A stretch of 64,000 nt of DNA from a virus, in IMG/VR virus record IMGVR_UViG_2899584989_000006, positions 359-64,358 of that record; one strand, given 5' to 3'. Every line of letters begins with the position of its first letter. The stretch's first letter is position 1. The position numbers and the translations under genes were made by a program. Of this stretch, positions 18,759-28,000 are shown one piece after another. Under the pieces are notes generated by a model. That model saw only the letters and a program-made list of their open reading frames with translations, did not search any database and was not told where the DNA came from.

Positions 18759-19239
18759 TGGCACACATATAAATCCAAACCTTGCCTTCAGGAGCGTCAT
18801 CGTCAAGGAAATAGAAATTTATAGCGTCCTCGATGATTTTCTTTTCAGCGTCATGGTCAAACCATTCCGTGAATTTAATCTCCTTGTCATGCCAGTTCGC
18901 GTTAAGAGCAACGTACACGTCCCATATGTTGGTATTTCCCGGTATGCTCATGCCTTTTATAGCGGTAGCCACCTGCTCCATATTCCAGTGCTCACCTTTA
19001 TGTTCTCCCGCCTTGCCTTTATGACGCATTGCCGCCACGTCCATCCTAGCAAAGCACTCATTATAATGAGGCCCACAAAAAACCTCATGTAAATCACGCA
19101 TAGCCTCGTCATACGCTTCCGGGTCTTTCTCCCTTAACTTTTCCATAGCCTCCTCCATCACGTCTATGGAGGCCCACATCTTCTTCTCGGAGCCTAGTCC
19201 CTTGGCTTGGTACTCCCTTATCTGTTCCTTGTATCTCAT
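18748..19239 (-). CDS. Conserved phage hypothetical protein (four-gene module)
   Basis: HW..EQV, WDVYVALN..WHD, DDDAPEGKVWIY motifs. Confidence 0.75.
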   Translation of the reverse strand: MRYKEQIREYQAKGLGSEKKMWASIDVMEEAMEKLREKDPEAYDEAMRDLHEVFCGPHYNECFARMDVAAMRHKGKAGEHKGEHWNMEQVATAIKGMSIPGNTNIWDVYVALNANWHDKEIKFTEWFDHDAEKKIIEDAINFYFLDDDAPEGKVWIYMCAMDD

Positions 19240-19250
19240 ATCTCATATTA

Positions 19251-19694
19251 TTATTCGGTAAATATTGATTTCAACTCCAAAAAATCCGCTTCCGTTATAC
19301 GGATAGCGTTAGTGTCACCAAGGATAAAATTCATGAGTCCGTTATCTGGAAGCTCTATCAAGATGGAGCCTTCCCCGATCGTACCCTTGATAAATCCTTG
19401 CTCAAACTTATACGGCTTCATGCTCTTGAATACGTTCATGGCGTCATCGAATAGCTCTTCCTTATCGTAGTTTCCGTTCTCGTCGGCCACGAACAACATG
19501 AATCCCTCCACCTTCTCCGTGATCTCCTTGTCCTTTTGTACAATGATGTTATGGACACCCCTTTTCAGATACTTGCCAAGGGGCTTGAATGCCGTGTTCC
19601 CGGAGACGAAAGAGTCAACCCTTTCCTCCGCCCATATCTCAACCGAGTTAATTAGCCTGCTTTTTAGCTCTAGAGCTTGTTGCTTTAGTTCCAT
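19251..19694 (-). CDS. Hypothetical protein (four-gene module)
   Basis: 147-aa ORF in the operon. Confidence 0.75.
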   Translation of the reverse strand: MELKQQALELKSRLINSVEIWAEERVDSFVSGNTAFKPLGKYLKRGVHNIIVQKDKEITEKVEGFMLFVADENGNYDKEELFDDAMNVFKSMKPYKFEQGFIKGTIGEGSILIELPDNGLMNFILGDTNAIRITEADFLELKSIFTE

Positions 19695-19799
19695 ATGACT
19701 CTTTCTTTAATTGTTCCACTTCCTCTCTCAAGGTATTGATAGCATACCCTTGTCTCTTGACCTTATCGATCAATTCGATAAGCATACCTTCCTCACGTG

Positions 19800-20315
19800 T
19801 CATTTCTTACCTCCTTTTCCGCTATTCTTCAATTTAAGGAAGTCGGCGTATGGCATATCGGCGTATTTGGCCGTGTACTCAGCGAACAACGCCATGTTCT
19901 TGTTAACCTCCTCTGAGGCCGATTTCTTTATCTTCTTGGCCATTCCCAACAATTCCTCCAAGGCGGCCTTGCCATCCTTGCTCTCCTCCACCAACGGACG
20001 CATGACGCGCATGTATTCACGGTTAAGGATAGCCATTACCTTCTGGTAGGACTGTTGATACTCAGGATTGTTATTGACCATTTCGAACTCGCTATCCGAC
20101 ATCTCGCTAACGAGCTTATCTATCTCGTCCCACACCGGATTACGGCTTTGGGCCTGTTGCGCAGAAGGGTTAAGCATACGTTGCTTCTGAATCTCCATCT
20201 GTTGCTGCGCTTGCTGGAGACGCTGAATGTTTGCTTCTATCTCGCTTATATTCGGATTATAAGGGTTGCTACCTAATACAGGGTCACTCCCCCCTAAAAA
20301 AACATTTGTCTGCAT
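19800..20315 (-). CDS. Gln-rich coiled-coil protein (four-gene module)
   Basis: 171-aa ORF. Confidence 0.75.
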   Translation of the reverse strand: MQTNVFLGGSDPVLGSNPYNPNISEIEANIQRLQQAQQQMEIQKQRMLNPSAQQAQSRNPVWDEIDKLVSEMSDSEFEMVNNNPEYQQSYQKVMAILNREYMRVMRPLVEESKDGKAALEELLGMAKKIKKSASEEVNKNMALFAEYTAKYADMPYADFLKLKNSGKGGKK

Positions 20316-20388
20316 GATAATACTGTTAGTGGTTAAAAAAAGGAAAGCGGCAAGCGCCCCCTAGGGAGCACAAGCCACTAACTTTACC

Positions 20389-21111
20389 TTAAGCCGTAGG
20401 TGCCGGAGCGGATGCCGGGCATGAGCACGGATTGTAGCTAGGATAGCCTGTTACCGTAGGGGTATTTGGCAATACCAATTCTCCCGTGATCATACGGCTG
20501 GTTCTACGATCGGTGTAATTGACACTAGCCGTGAACGCCTTCTCGATCTCGCATTGAAGCAACTTGTCTTGGTAAGGACGAATCGCCGAACCTACAGCCA
20601 CCTGACACCTCAATTCATCGATCTGAGCCTTCAAGACATCGAACTGGTCTCTTTGGTTCTTGTATAGACCAAAATCAGCGTCTACCTGTGACTTGTACAA
20701 TCCGAAATCAGCGTCTACCTGTGACTTCCACAAGGCGAATTTCTCGGCGATATCCGTCTGGCGGTGATCGTAATCGGCTTGCATACCTGAGACTTTCAAT
20801 CCCCACATTGCGTTTGTAAGCGATAACGCCTCCTCACAGCCCTTTTCCCAAGCCATGAACGCAGTCGGAGCGCCTACCCCGGAACCACCACCGCCTCCTG
20901 TGGTCGTGTTGATGTTAACGTTCTCTGGCATACCGGCTCCCCAGCCACCGCCGAACAAGCCGCCACGGTTACGTGACACCGCCCAAGCTCCAAGAGCCGT
21001 ACCAATGATACCCAATGTCAAGCCGGCGTTACCCACGCCCTTGCTTGCGTAATCCTTGTGCTCATCCTCATGGACGATCTCTTTCTCCTTAATAATTTTC
21101 TCTGCTTCCAT
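20389..21111 (-). CDS. Gly-rich membrane-anchored coiled-coil protein
   Basis: ASKGVGNAGLTLGIIGTALG hydrophobic segment; tandem KSQVDADFGLY x2 (33-bp repeat at 20660-20725). Confidence 0.8.
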   Translation of the reverse strand: MEAEKIIKEKEIVHEDEHKDYASKGVGNAGLTLGIIGTALGAWAVSRNRGGLFGGGWGAGMPENVNINTTTGGGGGSGVGAPTAFMAWEKGCEEALSLTNAMWGLKVSGMQADYDHRQTDIAEKFALWKSQVDADFGLYKSQVDADFGLYKNQRDQFDVLKAQIDELRCQVAVGSAIRPYQDKLLQCEIEKAFTASVNYTDRRTSRMITGELVLPNTPTVTGYPSYNPCSCPASAPAPTA

Positions 21112-21152
21112 ATATCATGAATTTTATGGTTATTCCGGGTTATCCCGGACAC

Positions 21153-21231
21153 CACAAAAATCCAGAGAAGTGCCTTGCTAAATAAATATCTCCTTGCTAG
21201 CTTGTTGCGAGGTTGTTGCTAGTTCTTTGCG
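21153..21231 (-). promoter_or_regulatory. Degenerate -7 box with helically phased TTGC boxes
   Basis: TTGC at 21175, 21194, 21205, 21216 and 21227 (11-bp period for the last four); GATTTTTG in place of TAnnTTTG. Confidence 0.55.
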
Positions 21232-21299
21232 GAAGGGAATGAGACAAAAAAAGCCCCCAGATTTTTGGGGGCCATAGGAAGCATAAGGATAGCGGTTAA

Positions 21300-21704
21300 T
21301 TATAAATTTATAGCCAATAATTCTTCTCCTAGTTTATGAAGGGCATTTTCTAATTTAACGGTTTGTTCTGGGCGTGGGTTACGCAAACCTGACGCATAAT
21401 GCCATAATTGTTTTTGGTTTATGCCCGTAATACGCTCTAATCCTGCTTTGGTGAATATCTTTGAATAGAAATCCAAAAGAGATTTAACATCCATTTTAAA
21501 CGCCAAACAATACTCACCCTTAAGCGCCTCTGGAATGGTATCGCCAAACTCATTACATTCATCTATTAGCACGTTAATAGAATCAATTATACATTTTTTT
21601 ATTTCTTCCACGCTTTTACCTGTTGCCACGATGCCATCCACTTCTTGCAGATATGCCGAGTAATTATTCTCGGTTCTCTCGATTATAACAGTCAACGTTT
21701 TCAT
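21300..21704 (-). CDS. hicB: HicB-family antitoxin
   Basis: VIIERTENNYSAY..GIVATGKSVEE RNase H-like fold plus C-terminal HTH; own TAAATTTG promoter at 21733-21740. Confidence 0.9.
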   Translation of the reverse strand: MKTLTVIIERTENNYSAYLQEVDGIVATGKSVEEIKKCIIDSINVLIDECNEFGDTIPEALKGEYCLAFKMDVKSLLDFYSKIFTKAGLERITGINQKQLWHYASGLRNPRPEQTVKLENALHKLGEELLAINL

Positions 21705-21799
21705 CTTGATATTTTTTTTAGGTTCATGTTTGCAAATTTATCACTCATCCAAAATGAAAGCAGGACTGGCTATATGTCCTGCTATCCATTGGATGTTAA

Positions 21800-22012
21800 T
21801 CAAATTTTATCAAAGTCAGACTCGCTTAGCCCGGCTTGTTTTAATATTGATTTTAGCGTACCGATTGCTAGATCGTCACTAGGACTCCCCGGAATAGGAA
21901 TAGAACGGGGTTCTCCGTCTTTCCTGAATATCCTGTGATCTCCTCTAGTTCTTATGTGCGCCCATCCATTCGCTTCCAATAAGGCCATAACAGCCTTGAT
22001 CTTTCTTACCAT
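21800..22012 (-). CDS. hicA: HicA-family mRNase toxin
   Basis: LEANGW..RTRGDH.IF....IP.....LAIGTLKSILKQAGL. Confidence 0.92.
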   Translation of the reverse strand: MVRKIKAVMALLEANGWAHIRTRGDHRIFRKDGEPRSIPIPGSPSDDLAIGTLKSILKQAGLSESDFDKI

Positions 22013-22062
22013 GTGCTAATCCTTTTGGTTAATAAAATCATCATCTTGGATGAATGAACGCA

Positions 22063-22118
22063 CAAAGATAACTATTTTTCTATCACCTACAATGTTTTCG
22101 GTAACTTTTTTTCTATCA
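22063..22118 (-). promoter_or_regulatory. hicA promoter with direct-repeat operator candidates
   Basis: TATCTTTG at 22070-22063; TAACTWTTTTTCTATCA at 22069-22085 and 22102-22118. Confidence 0.6.
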
Positions 22119-22163
22119 TTAGTATAACATTTGAACTTTGAAAAAGTTGTAATATAATCATAA

Positions 22164-22454
22164 CTATTCATTTATGTTATCTTTAACGCTCTCCACCGTC
22201 CTCCTCAGGTAGTAACTTCTCCTTATTCTGTCCGGGTACAAGTTACGCATCCTGTTGACCGCCTGCCTCGTCATCCCCGTCAGATCGGATATGATATTGT
22301 CGCTCAACTTGCGATCGGCCAGTATGGTTATAGCCACTCCCCTAGCGTCAACGTTCCTCTCCTTATTGTTGCTAAACATCATTACCGGATCGGTTCCGCA
22401 CTCCTTGCAGACAGCCTCTATCACTTTTTTGTAAAAAATTTCCACCTTATTCAT
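22164..22454 (-). CDS. Stand-alone DnaA domain IV-like HTH regulator
   Basis: IEAVCKECG....MFS...RNVDARGVAI...ISDLTGMTRQAV pattern. Confidence 0.6.
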   Translation of the reverse strand: MNKVEIFYKKVIEAVCKECGTDPVMMFSNNKERNVDARGVAITILADRKLSDNIISDLTGMTRQAVNRMRNLYPDRIRRSYYLRRTVESVKDNINE

Positions 22455-22616
22455 AAACTTTTTATTTCGTGGTTTGTTTTACTATCAAAGCCGGGCACAA
22501 AAAATGCACGGCAGAAAGACATATAAGAATCTTCCCGTCGTGCGTGGCATGAAAAAATAATCAAACTTCCGATCCGATTATTTAGGGAAGATTCTTTTTT
22601 CTTCATCTTCCCTTTC

Positions 22617-22754
22617 CGGTTCGTTCTCACGAAGTCACCATCAAACTAATATTAAATTAACCATGAACAAAAAAACGTCAACCCTTGTTATTCATATGAC
22701 GAATTATTATTACTAGTTAATAGGGGCTTCCCGGACGTGAGTCATGGAGGCCTC
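22617..22754. ncRNA. Back-to-back pair of candidate sRNA units
   Basis: Minus: GTTCATGGTTAATTTAATATTAG + GGT-GAC-TTC-GTGA-GAA-CGA-ACC; plus: ATTCATATGACGAATTATT + GGGGCTTCC-CG-GAC-GTGA-GTC-AT-GGAGGCCTC. Confidence 0.45.
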
Positions 22755-23220
22755 ACCAAATCCTGCAGAATCCACCCAATCCAACGTAAGGTGATAGTCC
22801 ATGTTTCCCGATCCCATAACCGGCAATAACACCTATTCCCCATCTACGGGGGGTGATCGTCTTGGTTATATACTCAGTCCTTCTATAAACCTCGATGTAA
22901 TCAAGATTAGGCTTATAGCCGGATATCGACAGACGGTAATCATCCGTCTTGTACTCCTTTTGAGTTATCGGTACCGGAACATATACAGGTTCCTTTACCG
23001 TGTCACCGTCCAACGTGATATAAACAGGGAACGGCTCAGGTATTGTTCGTACCAGTGTCTCATAAACCGGGTACGGGATGCTGTCATGTATCGTATCCAC
23101 CTTGGTGAACGTGTCGGTCTTGGATATCGAATCACTGGCCACATCCCCCCGGATATGGTAGCCAGCCGTGAAACTGGCTACCAAGCACACTAGTATTAAT
23201 ATTACTTGCCAAGGTTTCAT
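22753..23220 (-). CDS. Spanin-like/DUF6808-like lysis accessory protein
   Basis: N-terminal TM, DTIHDSIP repeats, C-terminal RWGIGVIAGYG beta-hairpin; downstream of the endolysin. Confidence 0.6.
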   Translation of the reverse strand: MKPWQVILILVCLVASFTAGYHIRGDVASDSISKTDTFTKVDTIHDSIPYPVYETLVRTIPEPFPVYITLDGDTVKEPVYVPVPITQKEYKTDDYRLSISGYKPNLDYIEVYRRTEYITKTITPRRWGIGVIAGYGIGKHGLSPYVGLGGFCRIW

Positions 23221-23337
23221 AGCTATATTATTAACCTGTTCCTAAAATGATTATCATTAAAATTGTAAACAAGACTACTATAAATTTAAACTCCGCCCAA
23301 TCCCCGAATAGTTTTTCTAGGATATCATGAAACAAAT

Positions 23338-24042
23338 TCATGCTACAATCCCCCAATCTTCAGCAAACACATCGCTGATAGACGGAACCCATGAATCCGC
23401 ACATCCAGTGTTCTCGTTATAGATAAGGCATTGATTGGTATAGTCAATGAACCCTTTGCCTTTCAGAATAAGGTCTTTTGCAGATTGTGGAAGCGATTGC
23501 ATCTTATGAATGATTTCGCTTTCGATATGTGCAGGAACTTGCTTGAATACCATCAAGCCTTTGCCGTTCCAGCCATCACGCCTAATAGCTAATCCAGCTT
23601 TTAGGTATTCAATAGCTTGACCAAAATTAAGGCTACAACTTCCTCCGATGCCTGTTTCCATCTTTGTAGCTCTTTGATTTAGGATCTGCCAATAATTGCA
23701 CATCATTCTGTATTGGACTTTAAGCATACCTTGCATAACGCTATCAAATTCATTGAATTTATCGCTTTCAATAAACGAAGCAAGCCCGCTAAATTTCTTG
23801 CATAGCTCATCTGATTCAATTTTCATCCTATTCAAAGGAGTTTCAGTAAGTTTATACGCCTCCTCAAATGGCTCTGCTGGACTCCATGACTCGTAACCGT
23901 CTTGATACTTCACATGATATCCAGCATTTGACTTCTCGCTTTCGTTAGGTACTCTTCCCGCTTTAAGCAATCCTTTCTCAAAAGCTTCGCCCATTGTCAT
24001 AGGTTCTGCTTCAATCTGTTTTGTTCCAATATATTTTTTCAT
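23338..24042 (-). CDS. Three-domain protein with C-terminal DUF2829/Tad2-like domain
   Basis: NFGQAIEYLKAG..IRRDGWNGKG...WVPSISDVFAEDW; N-terminal KKYIGTK..GY.V.Y.DGYESWSP domain; helical middle domain. Confidence 0.75.
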   Translation of the reverse strand: MKKYIGTKQIEAEPMTMGEAFEKGLLKAGRVPNESEKSNAGYHVKYQDGYESWSPAEPFEEAYKLTETPLNRMKIESDELCKKFSGLASFIESDKFNEFDSVMQGMLKVQYRMMCNYWQILNQRATKMETGIGGSCSLNFGQAIEYLKAGLAIRRDGWNGKGLMVFKQVPAHIESEIIHKMQSLPQSAKDLILKGKGFIDYTNQCLIYNENTGCADSWVPSISDVFAEDWGIVA

Positions 24043-24083
24043 CTTATTTTACGCTTACCTTTACAGCGTTAGGTCTTATATTA

Positions 24084-24494
24084 TTAAAGTAAATTCCACC
24101 CAGCTATAACATCCGACATATCAGCCTCTCTGCCATTCTCAACCTTGCTCATCCCGGCCACGATCCGGATCATCTGCTCACGATCGTTGATGTTGATAGG
24201 ATCATCAGCCGGGATACCGGCGTAATCGGATACGGCCTTAACGTAAGCGTCCGTATCGTTCTCGTTTTCCGGTGCCCAGCGACCGATCATCTTGTGGATC
24301 GTGTCCAGTTTGTAGTTCTTGTAATAATTTGACAAAATCCGGAATATGGCACGATAGCCATAAGCCATCGTTTCGAATTGTTTAAATGACTTGTCCTTGC
24401 TAGGTCGTATCTCGCCTTGGAACAAGTCTCCGTTGATCCGGATGTTTCCCGGGTTGTTGTTTCTCAAACCTCTAGGTATTTTTTTCTCTGCCAT
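24084..24494 (-). CDS. Endolysin (lysozyme-like, RNNNPGNI family)
   Basis: PRGLRNNNPGNIR, F.TMAYG.RA, RWAPENENDT..Y, VENG; follows the holin. Confidence 0.8.
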   Translation of the reverse strand: MAEKKIPRGLRNNNPGNIRINGDLFQGEIRPSKDKSFKQFETMAYGYRAIFRILSNYYKNYKLDTIHKMIGRWAPENENDTDAYVKAVSDYAGIPADDPININDREQMIRIVAGMSKVENGREADMSDVIAGWNLL

Positions 24495-24513
24495 TGTTAT
24501 TTGATTTTATTCG

Positions 24514-24626
24514 TATATTTGTGACGCTTTGTTAACCTTGTTCCTCTATCATAACCTGTGACAGGCGTGACAGAGGCGTTTTTACATCCAGCTCCCCTAT
24601 CCTTTTGGATCAGGGGAGCCTTTTTT
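24514..24626 (+). ncRNA. Candidate ~100-nt RNA antisense to the holin-endolysin junction
   Basis: TATATTTG (24514-24521) then a GC-rich hairpin 24591-24619 with T6; no plus-strand gene. Confidence 0.45.
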
Positions 24627-25088
24627 ATTCTTTGTCTTGTTATACTCATCCAAGAAGTTGACCTTGCTGATAAACTTAACGGCGGCAACCCAATACAAGA
24701 AGGCTATCACCTTGTTATCCGGGAATACCTTACCCATGTTCTTCAAGACATTGGTCCCGTAAAACCATATCATCGCCCACGTGATCCAAGACACGAAAGC
24801 CTTGGCGTTATCCTCCGATATATCCATCATCACACCTACCCAGAATGAGATAATTATGATCAGGAAATAGATTAGCATGTACACCCAGCTACGGATGAAC
24901 TTGCTCTTCCGGAAATCCCCGTGATCCGCAGCCAACCCCCAGAACGTATCGATGAAGGCCAGCGACAGGATCACCACCAAGAAATTCTCGATCGGCGAAA
25001 CGAAGTCCATCGCCGTGACAACGGCGGCTATGGCGATGGACTTGGCCCAATTTGCTAGGTCTGATATGTAGGAGAGGTAACGGTACAT
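24597..25088 (-). CDS. Holin
   Basis: Three to four TM segments, IDTFWGL, basic C-terminus; start re-assigned to MYRYL at 25088. Confidence 0.75.
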   Translation of the reverse strand: MYRYLSYISDLANWAKSIAIAAVVTAMDFVSPIENFLVVILSLAFIDTFWGLAADHGDFRKSKFIRSWVYMLIYFLIIIISFWVGVMMDISEDNAKAFVSWITWAMIWFYGTNVLKNMGKVFPDNKVIAFLYWVAAVKFISKVNFLDEYNKTKNKKGSPDPKG

Positions 25089-25093
25089 ATGTT

Positions 25094-28000
25094 TTATTTT
25101 GTTTTTAGTACGATGTAATTTGACTCGTCCGTGTTGTAACTTACAAATAACTTTCCGTTTTGTACGGTATCGGTCAACAATACGGCGTTGTCTGTTTGTT
25201 CCACAATTTCCACGTTCAAACCCTCCATGAAATCGGGCAACGTCAATGGAACCCGACTTTGTACACTTTGGCAATGCGAATAGATAATATAACTATTGCC
25301 GTCCTTATACCAATACAATTGTCCCGGATTTGCTGCCGGGTCAAAGTAAGAAATATAATAGTTTATTTCCTTGAAATAGGTATTAGGCAAATTGTACCCA
25401 TCATCCGCAAACGGCGACGTATTGATTGCAGCAATATAAAATTTATTGTTATTCGACGGGCTAAAACTTCCTAACCTATAATGCACATCGTTGGCGTTGG
25501 GTGCAATTGGAATGTTGGCGTTACGCTTTGCCGGGATTGTTTCCCCGCTTACAAGCGATAACCCCGCCGCCATACCTACCAAATACGTGTTATCGTTCGG
25601 GTTGTGCAACATGGCAATCAAACGGTCAATCGGTTTGTCAACGTCTTTTAAATACGTCGTATTTCTAAAGAACGAATAACCGCCCGACGTCAACGCCGGG
25701 GAATTAAACGGCTTATCTAATTCTGTTCCCCCTTGTGGTGCGGCTTTAGGTATCATAAACATAGCCTTATAATTGCCCGTATCGACGAACGTTTGTTGTT
25801 GGGTTGCCCCGTAACTTTGGCATTCAACTTTGCGGCGTATGTCAATCGTTGTATTAACACAACATTGCGCACCCCGGAAATTATACGACCATGTAAAACG
25901 TGCCATTTCGACGGCTCCGGTTAAATCGGGCGTACCGATAACCCCCGGCGTCGGGAACCATGTTTCAATACTTGCGGGGTCGTAACCCGTTTGGCTTTCT
26001 GATACCGTGAAATCGTCGCCCTCGTAATCTCCGGGTTCGGTTAATTCCCGCCCGTCGATATAAAATTTGCGGTTCTCATGCTTCATAATCGGGCGCAATT
26101 GCGTTGTCGATTGCGACGCCACGGTTATTGGGGTCGTAACCGTTCCCCCGCTTACGTGCGTTAATGCAGTAATAGCTGGGTTATTTGGTGTTTTCCATCC
26201 CCTTGTATCGTTGCCCTCGGCTCCCCGTGTGATAACGGGCAACAAATAGATTGAGGAACCAATAACGTTGCCGATATTATATTGACGGTCTAATTGGTCT
26301 TTCCACAACGCCCCAATATCGGCGGTTGTCAATCCCACGGTATTTGGCACGACCGGGATAACGTACCCATGTTGGGCGTACAAATGCCAATATAATGAAC
26401 TTTGGAACAACGGGGCGGTACTATCCGAATGATTAGAAACAATGTTTGCCGACGCCATCAAATCCGCATCGCTCAAAGTGTTTGCCCCAATATATGCCGT
26501 TTTAGGCGACAATAAAGTATTGAGGTTAATGTAATACAACAACAATATATCCTTTGTATCGTTGTATTTCGCACGTACATAGAACGCATTTTCATTTCTT
26601 CCGGGTTCCGTGTCGTAAACGTGCAATTTGATTAACTTTTTACCGCCTTTGATATTTTCAATATCGGTTTCCATTTGTCCCAAATCGTAATATTCGCCCA
26701 CCGTTTTCATATACATTGTACCGCCGGAAGACTCTCTTATATTAAATAATATATATGCCGCATTATCGGGTATATGCAAAGGCGCATTATTAAATATAAT
26801 GCCCCCGGTTGTACTAGTATTAAAGTCATATTCTTTACTAATTAAATTATCGTCTTTATCAAAATAAAATATTGCGGCAATATTGGTATGACTGCCATAT
26901 TGTGCGCTAAACAACAACGTATCATAAAAAACGTTTGGCAAATTATAACGTTCATACCTAAAACTTGCGTTTGCCTGTGTTGAACCGTCCGGCATGATAA
27001 AATAACCGTGTACAACTTCATCCGGGGTTAATGTTTCAATATTATGTTGCCGCAATACATCATCATGCTTTATAACGGTTCCGTCTTGTACAATTCGGAT
27101 TTGATTGTAATTTAAGCCTTTGGAACCCGTCGATTTTTCAAACAACAATGCCGCATATTGTGCGCCTGCAATATAATCTCCGGTCCTATTATTTCCTAAA
27201 TACGTTTCGTTTTTGAGGTCGCCGGAATTATAGAACAAATAAAACTTACACGTTGCACCCTCTACGATAATTGGTTTGCGGGATAACAATTTAATAACAA
27301 CCAAATCAAAATTTGCCGACGGTTTAATGTTTCCGTTATCGGATGCATCGCCGGACAATTCGCCGTAATGGTTCGGTATAACAAACGGTTCGCCTATATA
27401 GGTCGCAACGTCCCGCATCTTCATATTAACGGGGAAAATATCTACTTTATTCGTATTCAATTCCCGTTTCGTCGTTTTTATGAAAGCCCCCATATAAGAA
27501 ACCGCACAATTAATATACAGATACTTTACGCCGCTACCAATATAAAACATTCGGTCAATTATATTGCTTTGTCTGTCGTCCCTAGTGCGATAATTAAACT
27601 TTGCCAAAACAACGTTATTTTCGTCTGTCATTGAACAACTCCACATTGTCCCGGACGTGTATGTATATCCGTGCAATACCTTACCCACATAGCCGGAAAC
27701 GTCCAATTTGTAGCATTTAAAATTTTCGTTTGCGACCAAACCCGAAACGTTGGGATTAAAGTATTGCCCCGCTATTGCTTCCGGCGTAATATCTTCGTCG
27801 TCAAACTTTACCGCCATATTGTAAACATCGCTAAAAACTTGCAATGCACTTTCATTCAAAAGTGATAATTCGCCTTTGTCGGCTCCGCTTCCATATTGGC
27901 GTATTCTTAAATTGGCATATCCGTTGGGGTTGTCGGATTTACGCATATCCAAAACACAAAGTTTTGCGCCCGCCGGAATTATTCCGGTTGTATTACTATC

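Noticed and set aside
21741..22057. Invertible DNA segment carrying hicA
   Set aside because: The repeats are imperfect in DNA but fully paired as RNA through G-U, and no invertase is adjacent
23640..23850. Calling the middle domain of 23338-24042 Acb2
   Set aside because: I do not recognise Acb2 motifs in it; left as an unassigned helical domain
25089..25274. N-terminal extension of the holin in the ORF track
   Set aside because: Overlaps the tail-fibre end; the ATG at 25088 follows the tail-fibre stop by a few nt with an A-rich context
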